Source: Candidatus Latescibacterota bacterium (GTDB lineage: Bacteria; Latescibacterota; UBA2968; UBA8231). From it: a stretch of 64,000 nt of DNA. The notes below the pieces were generated by a model. It was not told the origin of the DNA. It was given only the letters and a program-made list of their open reading frames with translations, and did no database searches. Numbering within the stretch: position 1 is the stretch's first letter; each line of letters opens with the position of its first letter. The position numbers and the translations under genes are program-made. The stretch is taken from assembly GCA_965204725.1 (NCBI GenBank), contig OZ242005.1, positions 2,848,001-2,912,000 on the forward strand. Reading direction: 5' to 3'. Shown here one piece after another: positions 1 through 10,052 of this stretch.

Positions 1-1075
1 CCAATTCCACGTCGTCCCACCGCCGGCGGCCGAGCTGGGTCAGGTATTCGTCGAGGGTCGATACTTCGAGGGTCCCGGTGGGGCCGATGGTGCGATAGAC
101 GTTCGGCTGCGGCGTGTTGCCCGTGCGGGTGCGGAGCAAAAGCTGGGTTCCCGCGGGCACCTCGCCTTGCCAGCGAACCTTGCTCCACGCAACCTCGCGG
201 CCAAAATCCAGAATCGGAGTGCGGTAAGTAGTCCGGGTCACAAAGCCCTCGCCATAGACTTCAAACTCGGCGATTTCCCAATCGCGCTCGGGGTCGAGCG
301 GGCGAATGGCAATCCACTTGAGGTCGCGGGTGGGGAAGCGCAAATCCACCACCACGTCGAGGCTTTCGCGGTTGCGCGCCAAGATGTCAAAGGCCGGGTC
401 ATTGGGTGCGCCCAAGGCCGCGTCGATAACCATGTACCAACGCTTGCCGCGCTGGCTGCGGTCGAAGTTGCTGTCCCAAAACGGCGCAGTGTGGTTGGCC
501 ACGCCGATTTCGTACCAAGCCAAGTGGTTGTCCTCAAACCGAGGCCGGGGGAAGAAGCGGATGCGGTTGATGGGCAGCTCAGCCCCCAAGTGCATGACGT
601 TGTTTTTGACCACGCCGGGGTTGTTGCGGCCGGCCAAGCGCGGCGGCTCGGGCACTCGCACCAGCATGGCGGTCGTCGGATCGCCGTCGATGAGAAACTG
701 CAAGGGCTGGGAGTCGGTTACTAAGTGCGTACCGCCGTAGATACTGGCCGTGTAAAAGTGCCCTTGGCGTTCCTTGATTGACAGGGCCAAGTTCTCGCTC
801 GGATCGATATACACCGGGCGCAGGCCGCCCGCGGCAAAGTCGATCAACGTATCGACGCCCGCGGTGTTGAAGCGCACGCTGACCTCTTCGGCTACCGCGC
901 CAATGGTCACCTCCTCGACGATGCGGCCCTCGGCGTCGAGCAGCGCGTACGAAGCCGTCTGCTCGGCGATCAGTGCCTGCCAAGAATTGCCGTCCGCGCC
1001 GCCGAGGCGGAACTCACCGCGACCCCAAGCCCCGGTAGTTAGGACCGCTATTAGTAAGCCTAGCCGCTGGAACAT
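1..1075 (-). CDS. Secreted protein of the FlgD-Ig/CHU_C-tailed paralog family (5' part; runs off window start)
   Basis: Not in ORF track; read manually. ATG at 1075 after RBS AAGGAGGAGA: MFQRLGLLIAVLTTGAWGRGEFRLGG...EIAEFEVYGEGFV...PILDFG...LRTRTGNTP. Same core motifs as 1089..3137 and 18231..20240; open to the window edge. Confidence 0.85.
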   Translation of the reverse strand, partial: MFQRLGLLIAVLTTGAWGRGEFRLGGADGNSWQALIAEQTASYALLDAEGRIVEEVTIGAVAEEVSVRFNTAGVDTLIDFAAGGLRPVYIDPSENLALSIKERQGHFYTASIYGGTHLVTDSQPLQFLIDGDPTTAMLVRVPEPPRLAGRNNPGVVKNNVMHLGAELPINRIRFFPRPRFEDNHLAWYEIGVANHTAPFWDSNFDRSQRGKRWYMVIDAALGAPNDPAFDILARNRESLDVVVDLRFPTRDLKWIAIRPLDPERDWEIAEFEVYGEGFVTRTTYRTPILDFGREVAWSKVRWQGEVPAGTQLLLRTRTGNTPQPNVYRTIGPTGTLEVSTLDEYLTQLGRRRWDDVEL

Positions 1076-1088
1076 GATGGTCTCCTCC

Positions 1089-3137
1089 TTAGTACGCTAC
1101 GCATACGGGCCGCACCGTCTGCCCGCTGCGCGCGTCTCCGGCCACTTCGAGCCGCACCAAGTAGATGCCGGGGGCGACGCGCTGGCCCCGCTCGTCGGTG
1201 CCGTCCCAATGTACGGCGTCGTACACCCCGTTTTGTCCTTCGGCGTCGAAGAGGCGGCGCACCCGCCGGCCGCCTACATCCCACAGCTCAATCGCGATCC
1301 GCGCTTTGCCGATGACCGCCAGCACCTCAAAGCGCACGTCGAGGATGTCGTTCACTCCGTCCCCATTGGGCGTCAAGACGTTGCTGCCGAGGGCGAACCG
1401 GCCAATCAAGCTGCCTTCGTTCACCGCACGGCTCAGCACCGTCGTCCCCGATTCGGTCGGCACATCCCCTTCCGCCAAAAAGGCCGCGTCGCCCGGGGTA
1501 ATGCCCTGAAAGGCATCCTCTGCTAGCAGCAGGGCGCGGCCGCCAAAGCGGGTGCTAAAGGCCAGCACTCGGCTGACGAAGTGGATTTTCAGCACGGCGT
1601 CGTGCTGGTTGATGGCCGGGAAACGCACCGCAAAGCGCTGGTCGTCAATGGCGGTGATAGCGACCTCGCCTTCGGCTGTGACCCCATCGGTCACGGCAAA
1701 GGCGTGGTCGAGTACCGGTTGGCCGCTGGCGTCGATGATTTCGATTCGCTCGACGCGGCTGACGCGACTCGGAGTAAACACCTCAAAGCTGTTGAAGCCC
1801 TGCGCGTGATCGCTTTCCATCACCGCCCGCACTGCGTATGCAAAGGGCACGTCGGCGGCGGCCGGCACCTCGCGCGGGAAAATCTCGCCGATGAGGGCGT
1901 CGGCCAGCGGTGGCGAGGAAAATTCGAGGCCGATCTGCTCGATGATGTGGCTGGCTTCCAAGTGCTGGCTCTGAAATTCCACGCGAAATTGGAAGTAGCG
2001 GCTCGGGCCGGGCGAGAGAATCTGTGTGCCCGCAGCCAGATCCTCCAGCGAGTAAGGCGAGGTCCACGGACTCCAGTTTGCCAAGTCGTCGCGCACCGAG
2101 CCGCGCTCCCAATCGTCGCCCTGACGCCCGCGCTCGGGCAGCTTTAAGTACTCTCGGCGCAGCAACGGCTCGCCCGGGTCGCTCGCGGACGACGGGATCT
2201 CGGGGGCGTCTTGCAGGCCCACCTGCTTGCGGGTGTATGCCAAGGGACTGGGGTCGTGGCCGCTCCGGGTGCGCAACTGCATGTCGGCTAGGTCCGCCGC
2301 GCCTACTTGCTGCTGCAAGGTGCGGATGAGGCCCCAGTTGGCCGGGCTGCCCATGTCGATGATCGGCGAGATGTAGCGCGCTGTCGGGAAAAACCCCTCG
2401 CCAAAGACTTGGAGTTTTTCGATCTCAAAGGGAATGGCCGACGTGGCTCGCAGGCGGATGAAGCGAATGTAGCGCGGCGGGTTGATGGGCACTTGGGTGA
2501 TCGGGTCGCTGTTGTTGTTGAGCACGGTATAGGTTTCCCATATAGGGTTGCCCGAGCTGGTCAGCACCAAGCCGTCGTTGATCTCCACTTCAAAGTTTTT
2601 CAAAAAGTCGTTCTGAAAGGGGGTGCCGGGCGAGGAAAAGACCGTGTTGCGAGGAAAAAAGCGCAGCCGGTTGACCCCAAAGCGCGCGCCGAGGTCGAGA
2701 ATGAGTTGGGTCCCCGAGATGTCGTCCTCTTTGCGCTCGAATGCCTGCCCGGTCGGCTCGGCCGCGAGCATGTCCTCGAAAATCACCTGTAGCTGCAAGG
2801 CGGTCAGGTCAAAGACGGTCGGTGCGCGCAGCGAGCCGCCGCGCTCCAGTGCCTCGGTGGCCAAGTTCTGCTCGGCCCCCACTCGCCGCGGCAGGATGCT
2901 GCCCGGAAAATCCGCGCTGTCGAACTCGATTAAGTCGGCCGGCGCATGGCCGATTTCGGTGACGTTAGGGTCGAGAAAGGAGCGGTGCTCGGGCCGAATA
3001 GTCGAGATGCCCTCGGCCCCTTCGACGCGCCCGGTCCACGAGATTTGCCCGTCCTGCCCGATGAGCAAGACTTGTCGAGCCGCCAGCGGTTGCACCCAGC
3101 ACACCGTTAGGACTCCAATCAGTAGCGCGGCTTTCAT
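1089..3137 (-). CDS. Secreted protein with C-terminal FlgD-Ig / gliding-motility (CHU_C-like) domain
   Basis: 682 aa, signal peptide; C-terminus LTPNGDGVND...WDGTDERGQRVAPGIYLVRL...VCVAY. Confidence 0.85.
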   Translation of the reverse strand: MKAALLIGVLTVCWVQPLAARQVLLIGQDGQISWTGRVEGAEGISTIRPEHRSFLDPNVTEIGHAPADLIEFDSADFPGSILPRRVGAEQNLATEALERGGSLRAPTVFDLTALQLQVIFEDMLAAEPTGQAFERKEDDISGTQLILDLGARFGVNRLRFFPRNTVFSSPGTPFQNDFLKNFEVEINDGLVLTSSGNPIWETYTVLNNNSDPITQVPINPPRYIRFIRLRATSAIPFEIEKLQVFGEGFFPTARYISPIIDMGSPANWGLIRTLQQQVGAADLADMQLRTRSGHDPSPLAYTRKQVGLQDAPEIPSSASDPGEPLLRREYLKLPERGRQGDDWERGSVRDDLANWSPWTSPYSLEDLAAGTQILSPGPSRYFQFRVEFQSQHLEASHIIEQIGLEFSSPPLADALIGEIFPREVPAAADVPFAYAVRAVMESDHAQGFNSFEVFTPSRVSRVERIEIIDASGQPVLDHAFAVTDGVTAEGEVAITAIDDQRFAVRFPAINQHDAVLKIHFVSRVLAFSTRFGGRALLLAEDAFQGITPGDAAFLAEGDVPTESGTTVLSRAVNEGSLIGRFALGSNVLTPNGDGVNDILDVRFEVLAVIGKARIAIELWDVGGRRVRRLFDAEGQNGVYDAVHWDGTDERGQRVAPGIYLVRLEVAGDARSGQTVRPVCVAY

Positions 3138-4180
3138 GGCATTTTCCCAGACAATTGTTTCAGCAAGACGTCCCGCTCGGTTTGGACGCGCGCGGCGATT
3201 GTGGCATGCTGCTTTTGGCGCTGGTACTGGGCAAACGCCGCCTGGGCGGCTCGTTCCTCACCTAGCAATCCGTGGAGCTTGCTGAGGAAGAAATGCACCC
3301 GGTAGTCATCCGGGGTGGCCTCGGCCAGCGCGGCAACGCGGGCGAGGGCCTCGCGGTAACGCCCCTGCCAGAACAGCAGCTTGCCCAGCCCCCACAAATC
3401 GGTGCTTGAATCGGGCCTTTCCGCGAGCGCGGCCGCGAGCTGCTCTTCCGCCTTTTGTATGGCTTCCTCCCCGACCAGCTTTTGCTGCCGCCACCAGCCC
3501 TCCACCCTTGCGCGGCCCAACTCGCCGCGGCGGCGGTCCATCTCAATGAGGAGATCCGCCAGCCCCAAGGCTGCTTGCCGCGCATAGTGCTTTTGTCCCA
3601 ACAGCTCGACGTAGGCCGCAATCGCTGGTTCGGCTTGGCCTTCGGCCTCGTACATGCGCGCTAGCTGATAACGAGCCCGGCTGCTGTCGGGACGCAGCAC
3701 TAGCAAGTCGCCGTAGGATTGGGCCGCGCTCTGCAAGTCGCCGCTCAGGCTCTGTGCGTCGCCCAACCGGCCGAGCAACGCGGCCGGGTCGCCACCTTGG
3801 TCGAGCAAGGTCCGGTAGAGGCTGACGGCAGCGGCTGGCTGCCCGGCATCTACATAGCGGGCCGCCAGCAACTCCTGCGCTCGACGCTCTTCGGGCCAGC
3901 GCGTCAACAATTCGCGGTACGCGGTAATGGCCTTGCCGGGTTCGTCCTTTTCGCCGTAGAGTGCTCCGAGCGCGTAATAGGCTGCGGGAAAATCAACCCC
4001 TGCGGCGACCGCACTCCTGAACTCGCGCAGGGCATTGGCCCGCATGCCCTGCTCTTGGTATGCGCGACCCGACCAGTAGTGCTGCTCTCCTTGCGACCTG
4101 CCATCGCAGGCGTTGAGACCAATACTGAGCGCGATTAGCCAGAGATACGCGACCCCACCAGCTATGGCTAGGGGGCGCAT
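3134..4180 (-). CDS. Tetratricopeptide repeat protein (possible lipoprotein)
   Basis: 348 aa; hydrophobic N-terminus with LNAC; TPR-like helical repeats (AYYALGALY, ARYQLARMY). Confidence 0.8.
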   Translation of the reverse strand: MRPLAIAGGVAYLWLIALSIGLNACDGRSQGEQHYWSGRAYQEQGMRANALREFRSAVAAGVDFPAAYYALGALYGEKDEPGKAITAYRELLTRWPEERRAQELLAARYVDAGQPAAAVSLYRTLLDQGGDPAALLGRLGDAQSLSGDLQSAAQSYGDLLVLRPDSSRARYQLARMYEAEGQAEPAIAAYVELLGQKHYARQAALGLADLLIEMDRRRGELGRARVEGWWRQQKLVGEEAIQKAEEQLAAALAERPDSSTDLWGLGKLLFWQGRYREALARVAALAEATPDDYRVHFFLSKLHGLLGEERAAQAAFAQYQRQKQHATIAARVQTERDVLLKQLSGKMP

Positions 4181-6843
4181 TAGTTCAGCCCCGCGTAAAT
4201 CGTCACAAAGGATTCGTTGGTCGTCCGCGCCTCCTGCCCGGTGAACTGCTTGCGCTCGATTTTCATGCCGGTCAGGGCGCGCAGCTTGTAGCCGAGGTAG
4301 TTGGACTCATTGCTAAACTGGACGGCTACGGTCACCGCGTTGAAGTCGTTGGCGTCGGTGTCGAAGTCGTTGAAAATCGCGTACTCCACGCCGGCCTGAA
4401 TTTTGGTCACCTGCAAGACCTGCGTCTCCACCAAACCTGAAAACAACTCCATCAGACTGGTGTGGCTGTCGAGCGAGAGGAGGCTGCGGCTCTGCTTGCG
4501 GAACTCGCTCTTCCAGCGCGGCTCCAAAGACCACGCCCCGAGCTGGAAGCGGTAGCTCGCTTTGTTGATCAGGCCGAAGAAGAAGTCGGAAGGGGCCAAG
4601 TCGTATTGCTGCCGCTGGGCCTTTTCCATCCGCTGGTGGAAGTAGAGCCAGTGCATCTTGGTCATTAAAAAGAGCGACGCCACCTGTAGGTTGTGGCCGA
4701 TAAAGAGCTGATTGACCCAAGTGTCGCGCGCCAACAGCGGGTCCTCGACCTTGGTCAACTCGCCGCCGCGTAGCGTATTGTCCGGCGCCCATTGCAACAG
4801 GGGGTTGGGAATGTCGTCGGCGACCAGCTTGCTCATCTCGAATACCCGGAAACGACCCAACCGCGGCGCATCGCGCTCGTACGTAAACATTAGGTAGGTG
4901 CTCTCGTTTTTGCGCGCCGAGGAAATCAGCCCCTCGCGCAACGCGCCCACCACCAAGCGCGCCCGCGGCGTGAGGTCGGCGCCGAGGTGGATGTTGAAGC
5001 CCCGGTGATCTCGGCGATACGGATAATCCGGCTCCTCGTCGTTTTCGTATTGATCGACCCAAAAGTTGTTGTTCATATCGACGCCAAAGAGAAACTCGGG
5101 CCGATCGACGTAAAACCGCAGAAACGCCTCCTCGTAGTCCGGCTCGGTATTCGAGCGGACGAACGTATCGTTTTGGTTGAAGTCGGGCACAAAGTCGTTG
5201 TTTTGATCCCAACCCGGAAAGACTTGCAAATCGCCGCTGAGAAAGTCGAAGCGCACGTTGTCCGGGAATTTGTCCTGATCGTCGTTGTCATCGACCAAAT
5301 CGACCAAGCCGCGCTCGTTGTCGTAGTCGAAGTCCCCGGTGCCCGAGGTGATAAAGGTCTGGGTGTTGTAGCGCGGGTCCATACTGTAAAACTCGCCGAA
5401 GGCAAAGTAGGGGGCGGCCTTTTTAGACACATTTACCATCCAAGCGGGGGCCGAGCGTCGGCCGCCGATCCCAGAGAATGCCTCGTGGGTCTCCTCGAGC
5501 ACGTTGGGGTACTTCCGATAGCTCCAGCTCAGATCGTACTCGCCGTATAGATCGAAGCCCCGCAGGTTTTGCAACTCGACGCTGCCGCCAAAGATGTGGG
5601 TCGCGGTGGGCAGGCCGTACTCAAAGCGGATGGTCTGCAAATTGGTGATGTCTTGGACGTTGCCCTCGGCTTGTGCGACGAGCAGCAAGACCTCTTGGCC
5701 GTCGAGGTTGATCTGGCGGTCCGAGGTCATCCAGACTTGGTAGTCGTTGCCCAGCGTCAGCAGGAATTCAACCTTGGCGATTTCGTCCTTGGCAAAGCGG
5801 GCCTGATCGACAAAGCTCGGGCTGTCGAAGTCGTACACGAGCCGCATCTCCTCCGGCCCGTTGGCTGCGACAAAGCCCTGCTGCAAGAAGCCGCCCTCGA
5901 CGATCGGCTCAAAGCCAATGGCCTTGCCCGATTCCTTTGAGCCGTCGCGATAGGTGATTTGCACGTCCGACGCATCGGGGAAAAAGGCCGCGCCGCCCAT
6001 GCCGTCTTCGGGCGAGTCGTCGCGCAGCACCAGCTTGATGAGCGAGATGGTCTTGTTTTGCCCGATGGTCAGCGAGCCGGCGAATGGGTTGCCGGCCTGC
6101 TTGTCGAGCAAGGTGTGCGACTGGTGGGCGTTGGCCGTGTGCAGCGCGACTTCGGCAAAGTCGCCGATCTGCGCCCCCAATCGCCCGCCCGCCAAGATGG
6201 TGTTGTTCGTCCGCAGGACCTCGCGGTCTCCGGTTGAGCCGCCGCCGGGGTTGCTCAGCCGCGAAAACAAAAAGGTGGCTTCGTAGCGGTCGGTGGCGAG
6301 GTCGAACTGCACGCCGTCCATGCGGGCCTTGGCAAACACCATCGGCGACAGCACCGAGCGCAGGCGGCTGCTCGCCGTCAAGGTGTAGAAGTATTGGCCC
6401 TTGTTGTCTTGCGCCACCACGACTTCGGAAAACCAACTCTGGAAGCGAGAGGACTTGAACAGCACGTTGCCGAACTGCTGGGGCTTGCTCTGCGAGTTGT
6501 TGAAAATCAGCCAACCGCGCGTGAGGAAATTGCCGTATAGATCGTAGAAGTAATCGCCCTCTAAGGTCGTTTCTACGTAGCGCTCGTAAGGGTTGCGCGC
6601 ATAGTTGGTGTATTCCCACTGCCGCCATTGGTACTCGCTGTACAGCTCTTGCGGCACGTACCAGCGCCGCACGGCCGGGTCGAGCGCGTTCAGAGCCACC
6701 CCGGGGCCTTGGGGCGCGAGACGGGTCTGGTCGCCGAGCTGCAAGCCCAAGCGCGTTCCGTACTGGTCTTGCGCCGCGCCCGGCGCACCGAGGGCACTCC
6801 ACAAAACTAGGAGACCGCAATACAGTTCGGTCTTTGGTCTCAC
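4180..6843 (-). CDS. Large exported protein of unknown function, putative outer-membrane protein with Asp/Asn-rich Ca-binding-like loops
   Basis: GTG at 6843 after RBS AAGGAGG (track ORF extends to 6966); signal peptide; VDDNDDQD, DQNNDFVPDFNQND, DMNNN motifs; amphipathic beta-like C-terminus; paralog of 25147..27780. Confidence 0.8.
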   Translation of the reverse strand: MRPKTELYCGLLVLWSALGAPGAAQDQYGTRLGLQLGDQTRLAPQGPGVALNALDPAVRRWYVPQELYSEYQWRQWEYTNYARNPYERYVETTLEGDYFYDLYGNFLTRGWLIFNNSQSKPQQFGNVLFKSSRFQSWFSEVVVAQDNKGQYFYTLTASSRLRSVLSPMVFAKARMDGVQFDLATDRYEATFLFSRLSNPGGGSTGDREVLRTNNTILAGGRLGAQIGDFAEVALHTANAHQSHTLLDKQAGNPFAGSLTIGQNKTISLIKLVLRDDSPEDGMGGAAFFPDASDVQITYRDGSKESGKAIGFEPIVEGGFLQQGFVAANGPEEMRLVYDFDSPSFVDQARFAKDEIAKVEFLLTLGNDYQVWMTSDRQINLDGQEVLLLVAQAEGNVQDITNLQTIRFEYGLPTATHIFGGSVELQNLRGFDLYGEYDLSWSYRKYPNVLEETHEAFSGIGGRRSAPAWMVNVSKKAAPYFAFGEFYSMDPRYNTQTFITSGTGDFDYDNERGLVDLVDDNDDQDKFPDNVRFDFLSGDLQVFPGWDQNNDFVPDFNQNDTFVRSNTEPDYEEAFLRFYVDRPEFLFGVDMNNNFWVDQYENDEEPDYPYRRDHRGFNIHLGADLTPRARLVVGALREGLISSARKNESTYLMFTYERDAPRLGRFRVFEMSKLVADDIPNPLLQWAPDNTLRGGELTKVEDPLLARDTWVNQLFIGHNLQVASLFLMTKMHWLYFHQRMEKAQRQQYDLAPSDFFFGLINKASYRFQLGAWSLEPRWKSEFRKQSRSLLSLDSHTSLMELFSGLVETQVLQVTKIQAGVEYAIFNDFDTDANDFNAVTVAVQFSNESNYLGYKLRALTGMKIERKQFTGQEARTTNESFVTIYAGLN

Positions 6844-6895
6844 AACAACCTCCTTTAGTGCCCGTAGGATTGCAGAGGACTGCCCACGAAGCACT

Positions 6896-9800
6896 TTAAT
6901 ATGCAACCGCGATGAGGCGGGTGCGGGTCGTCCCGCCGGCCCCTTCTGCATCGGCCTCCACTGCAATCTGACACAAGTATAACCCCGGCGGCACCACCTG
7001 CCCGGCCTCGTCTTGGCCGTCCCACCTAAATTGCTGCGGCCCGCCAGTCGCCAGCCCGGTTAGTTGTCGTACGCGCCGGCCGGCCAGCGTGTATAGATGA
7101 ATGGTCAACGGCCGCATAGCCTGCACTCGGAAGAGGGAAAAACCAATCTCAGCCGTTTCGTTGATCCCGTCGCCATTGGGGGTAAACGGATTGGGTGCGA
7201 TGGCAATATCGTCGATGGTGGCCCGCGCCCCTTGCGCGCCAATGGACAGGCCCTGCGAAGGACTCAAAGCGGTCGCGTCGCCCCCGTCGGCCCCCTGCCA
7301 AGGCGTCGCCGGCTGGCTCTGCCGCACGGCGACCTGCATCCGCGTCCCTTGGAGGTACACCCGCCCAGCAAAGCGCACGCGCAACAGCCGACCGCGACCC
7401 ACCACCCAACCCCGCTGACCGCCCAGCCGACCATAGCTTTGCTGGTCGAGGCTGTCGCCGGCCGCGTCAAAGGGCACCTGATCGCCCAACCCTAGCACCT
7501 TGCGGAAGTAGCGCACCGGCCCCTGCTCGTCTGCGCTGAGCGCGTCGTACGCGGCCGCTTCGACTTCGGCCAAGCGGCCAGTTACCAGCCGACGAAAGTA
7601 GCGCACGGCCCCCTGTTCGGCCTCTGGCAAGAGGCTGTGCGAGGTAAAGGTCAATAGGTTGCGGTCCAGTCCAGTGGGCACCTCGTCGCCGGGATGGACC
7701 GAGCGGTAGTACACGGGCGTGAGCACCTCGGCCGGGGCGCCCTGCACGGTCTGGGGAAATTCCAGCCAGAGGGAGTCGCCCTCGGCGCGGACTCTGACCT
7801 CGCCGTCCCACTCAAGCGGCGTTTCGGTTGACACCTCGGCCTCGGTGCCCAAGGCCGCATCGACGAACCTTAGAGCAAATGGCGGCTCCGCGTGTAAGAC
7901 CAATTGGTTGAAGCCCGGGCTGCGCACGGCGGCCGGCTGCTGCAAAAAGTTGGGCTGCACGTAGAGCGCGAAGGTGTCGAGCACCCCGGCTGCGGCCGCG
8001 GTCGGCCACACTTCGGCCCGCAGGTGCTGGGCCACCGGCTGGTGAAACGCGACCCCAATGCGGTGTAGGGCCGGTGCATTTTGGCTGCTGCTTTTGAGAC
8101 GCGCTTGGATCTGCATGAAGCGGCGCAGGCTCGGCGAAGTGGCCAAGTCCCCAGGCTGCAAGTAGCGCTGGCTCCACGGACTCCAGCCCGGCCCCACCAC
8201 GACGGTCGTGTCCGAAGGCCCCTTGAGAAAGCCGGCCAGCGTCTTGTACTCAGCCGCGGTCTTCTCGTTGCCGGTCTTGTCGAAATAGCGGATCTGCTGC
8301 AAGAGCTGGTCGCCGGTGCGAGTGCGAATCTCCACGTCCGTGCCCGGGGGCGTACTCGCCTCCCAGAGCACTTCGCCCAAGGCCACCAGTCCGGGCAACT
8401 CGATTAGATCCGATTCCAAGACCACCTCGGCCGGTGGCCCCTCGGCGAACAGCATGAGTTCGTGATGGAACGACCAGAACTGATTCATGTGCCCGGTGCC
8501 GCCGGGGCCGGTGGCCCTAAATCCCGGCGGCACGTGGCCGATGGTGATCATGTCGAGGAAGCGGGTCAGAACAGGCGGGTCCTGAATGTCGGCGATGTCG
8601 AGGAAGTGCCCAGCAAAGACGTTGCGTTCGCGCTCCTCTGGACTGATGCGCCGCCACTTGAGATTGCCTTGGGCGTCGCGCTCGCCCGTGGAGGCGCGCA
8701 TGATGTAGCCGCGCTCTCCACTGCCCACCAAGCGGATCTGAGCGAGGCGCACAACGCCCCCTATATCTATGGTTAGCACGTTGGCGGTGGGGTTTTTCGG
8801 GTTGCGAATCTGGTGTGAGAAGCCGGTGCTGGCGTCGCCGTCGAACAAAAGCAGCGTATTGGTCCCATCGGTCGTCAGCCCGTACGAGCCGCCGTTTTCA
8901 ATCAGGTTGATGGACAAGTTGTCGCCCCAGCCGTGCGCTTCGACCTCGGCTAGGCGCGGCAGCTCGCGGCGATAGTAATCCCGCCGCCCTTGGCGCTGCG
9001 CCTCCATCGCTTGATAGGTGGCCTCGTCAACAGGCTCTTCGCGGCCGGCTACGTCGCGGGCAAAATAGACTATATCCCCGCGCTCTGCTTCCGGCAGGGC
9101 CTCCCACGCCTCCTGCGAAATCGGTTCGGCCCGGCCGCCGCGCGTATCCGTGACGACGATGCGGATCGTCTCGATCTTCCGCCCGGTCCACGTTGGCGAG
9201 CGGCGCAAGCCCTCGGCGAGCTGCTTGTCGCTGACGACGCCCGTGGCCGGGGGGAGCTCGGGACTGGTGTGTTCGCTCTCGAAAATGTATTCGCGCTGTG
9301 TGGTATTGGGCGCGTCTTGCGGGATGAAAAGCTGAAAGCCGATGCGGTTGTTCGGCTCGTGCAGCAGCGCACTCTGCCGGTCCGACAGCAGCAGGATGAA
9401 GCGCAAAAAGGGATCCCCCAGCGACTCATCGACGAACTGGAGCTTGAGCCGCTCCACCGGCACCACCCGCCCCAAATCCACCTCGATCCACCACTGCTCG
9501 ATGGGGTCGCGCGGGTCTGGCTCCCAGAACGTGGTGGGGTCGCCGTCGAGAATGTTGGCCGCGAGGTGTGGGTTGGACCCCACCCGACTGATGCCGGGCC
9601 GCACCCAATAGTCAAAGACCAATTGGCTGAGCGTATTCCGTATCGGCTCGCCAAACACATCGAACTGCATGGTGCTGTCGATCGTGCCAATGCGCGGGTC
9701 GGGCTTGCTGATGACGATTGGCCGCTTGAACCCGGGATCGTCTAGGACATTAAAGACCGTCCGCAGCGCGTGTGCCCGCACCGAGCCGTCGTCGTGGATG

Positions 9801-9955
9801 CGCGCCAGATGGGTGGGAATGGACCACTGCTGCCAGTGGCTGGCCCGCTCGACTACGACTTCGTCGCCGACGATCTGATAGCCCGACTGGGCTTCGGCCC
9901 ATGCCCAACTTAGCATTAGGCCGACGAGGATCTGCACGACCGAGAGGCTCTTCAT
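6896..9955 (-). CDS. Large secreted protein, discoidin/F5-8-like N-terminal region and C-terminal FlgD-Ig/CHU_C-like domain
   Basis: ATG 9955 (MKSLSVV) after GAAGGAG; DGDPTTFW...WWIEVDLGR discoidin-like motif; C-terminus FTPNGDGINE...WDGQDEAGQVVPPGLY...IAVAY. Confidence 0.85.
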   Translation of the reverse strand: MKSLSVVQILVGLMLSWAWAEAQSGYQIVGDEVVVERASHWQQWSIPTHLARIHDDGSVRAHALRTVFNVLDDPGFKRPIVISKPDPRIGTIDSTMQFDVFGEPIRNTLSQLVFDYWVRPGISRVGSNPHLAANILDGDPTTFWEPDPRDPIEQWWIEVDLGRVVPVERLKLQFVDESLGDPFLRFILLLSDRQSALLHEPNNRIGFQLFIPQDAPNTTQREYIFESEHTSPELPPATGVVSDKQLAEGLRRSPTWTGRKIETIRIVVTDTRGGRAEPISQEAWEALPEAERGDIVYFARDVAGREEPVDEATYQAMEAQRQGRRDYYRRELPRLAEVEAHGWGDNLSINLIENGGSYGLTTDGTNTLLLFDGDASTGFSHQIRNPKNPTANVLTIDIGGVVRLAQIRLVGSGERGYIMRASTGERDAQGNLKWRRISPEERERNVFAGHFLDIADIQDPPVLTRFLDMITIGHVPPGFRATGPGGTGHMNQFWSFHHELMLFAEGPPAEVVLESDLIELPGLVALGEVLWEASTPPGTDVEIRTRTGDQLLQQIRYFDKTGNEKTAAEYKTLAGFLKGPSDTTVVVGPGWSPWSQRYLQPGDLATSPSLRRFMQIQARLKSSSQNAPALHRIGVAFHQPVAQHLRAEVWPTAAAAGVLDTFALYVQPNFLQQPAAVRSPGFNQLVLHAEPPFALRFVDAALGTEAEVSTETPLEWDGEVRVRAEGDSLWLEFPQTVQGAPAEVLTPVYYRSVHPGDEVPTGLDRNLLTFTSHSLLPEAEQGAVRYFRRLVTGRLAEVEAAAYDALSADEQGPVRYFRKVLGLGDQVPFDAAGDSLDQQSYGRLGGQRGWVVGRGRLLRVRFAGRVYLQGTRMQVAVRQSQPATPWQGADGGDATALSPSQGLSIGAQGARATIDDIAIAPNPFTPNGDGINETAEIGFSLFRVQAMRPLTIHLYTLAGRRVRQLTGLATGGPQQFRWDGQDEAGQVVPPGLYLCQIAVEADAEGAGGTTRTRLIAVAY

Positions 9956-10052
9956 GGTTTGGCGATCTCCTTCGCGCTGCATGAGTGGATGCAAAAACTA
10001 TTAGGTAGGGGGAAAACCTAGGGCTGTCAAGATGGCTGTGACCGGCTAGCCG

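Noticed and set aside
167-1526. Plus-strand ORFs 167..724, 306..740 and 774..1526, and the many similar overlapping ORFs across the window
   Set aside because: Antisense or off-frame shadows of real genes in GC-rich DNA. The real gene here is the untracked minus-strand ORF starting at 1075.
6844-6966. N-terminal extensions in the ORF track (also 9956-9994, 17329-17508, 20171-20236, 33063-33215, 35654-35731, 44913-44984)
   Set aside because: Downstream starts have a better RBS or place the signal peptide at the N-terminus, and several extensions overlap neighbouring genes or promoters.
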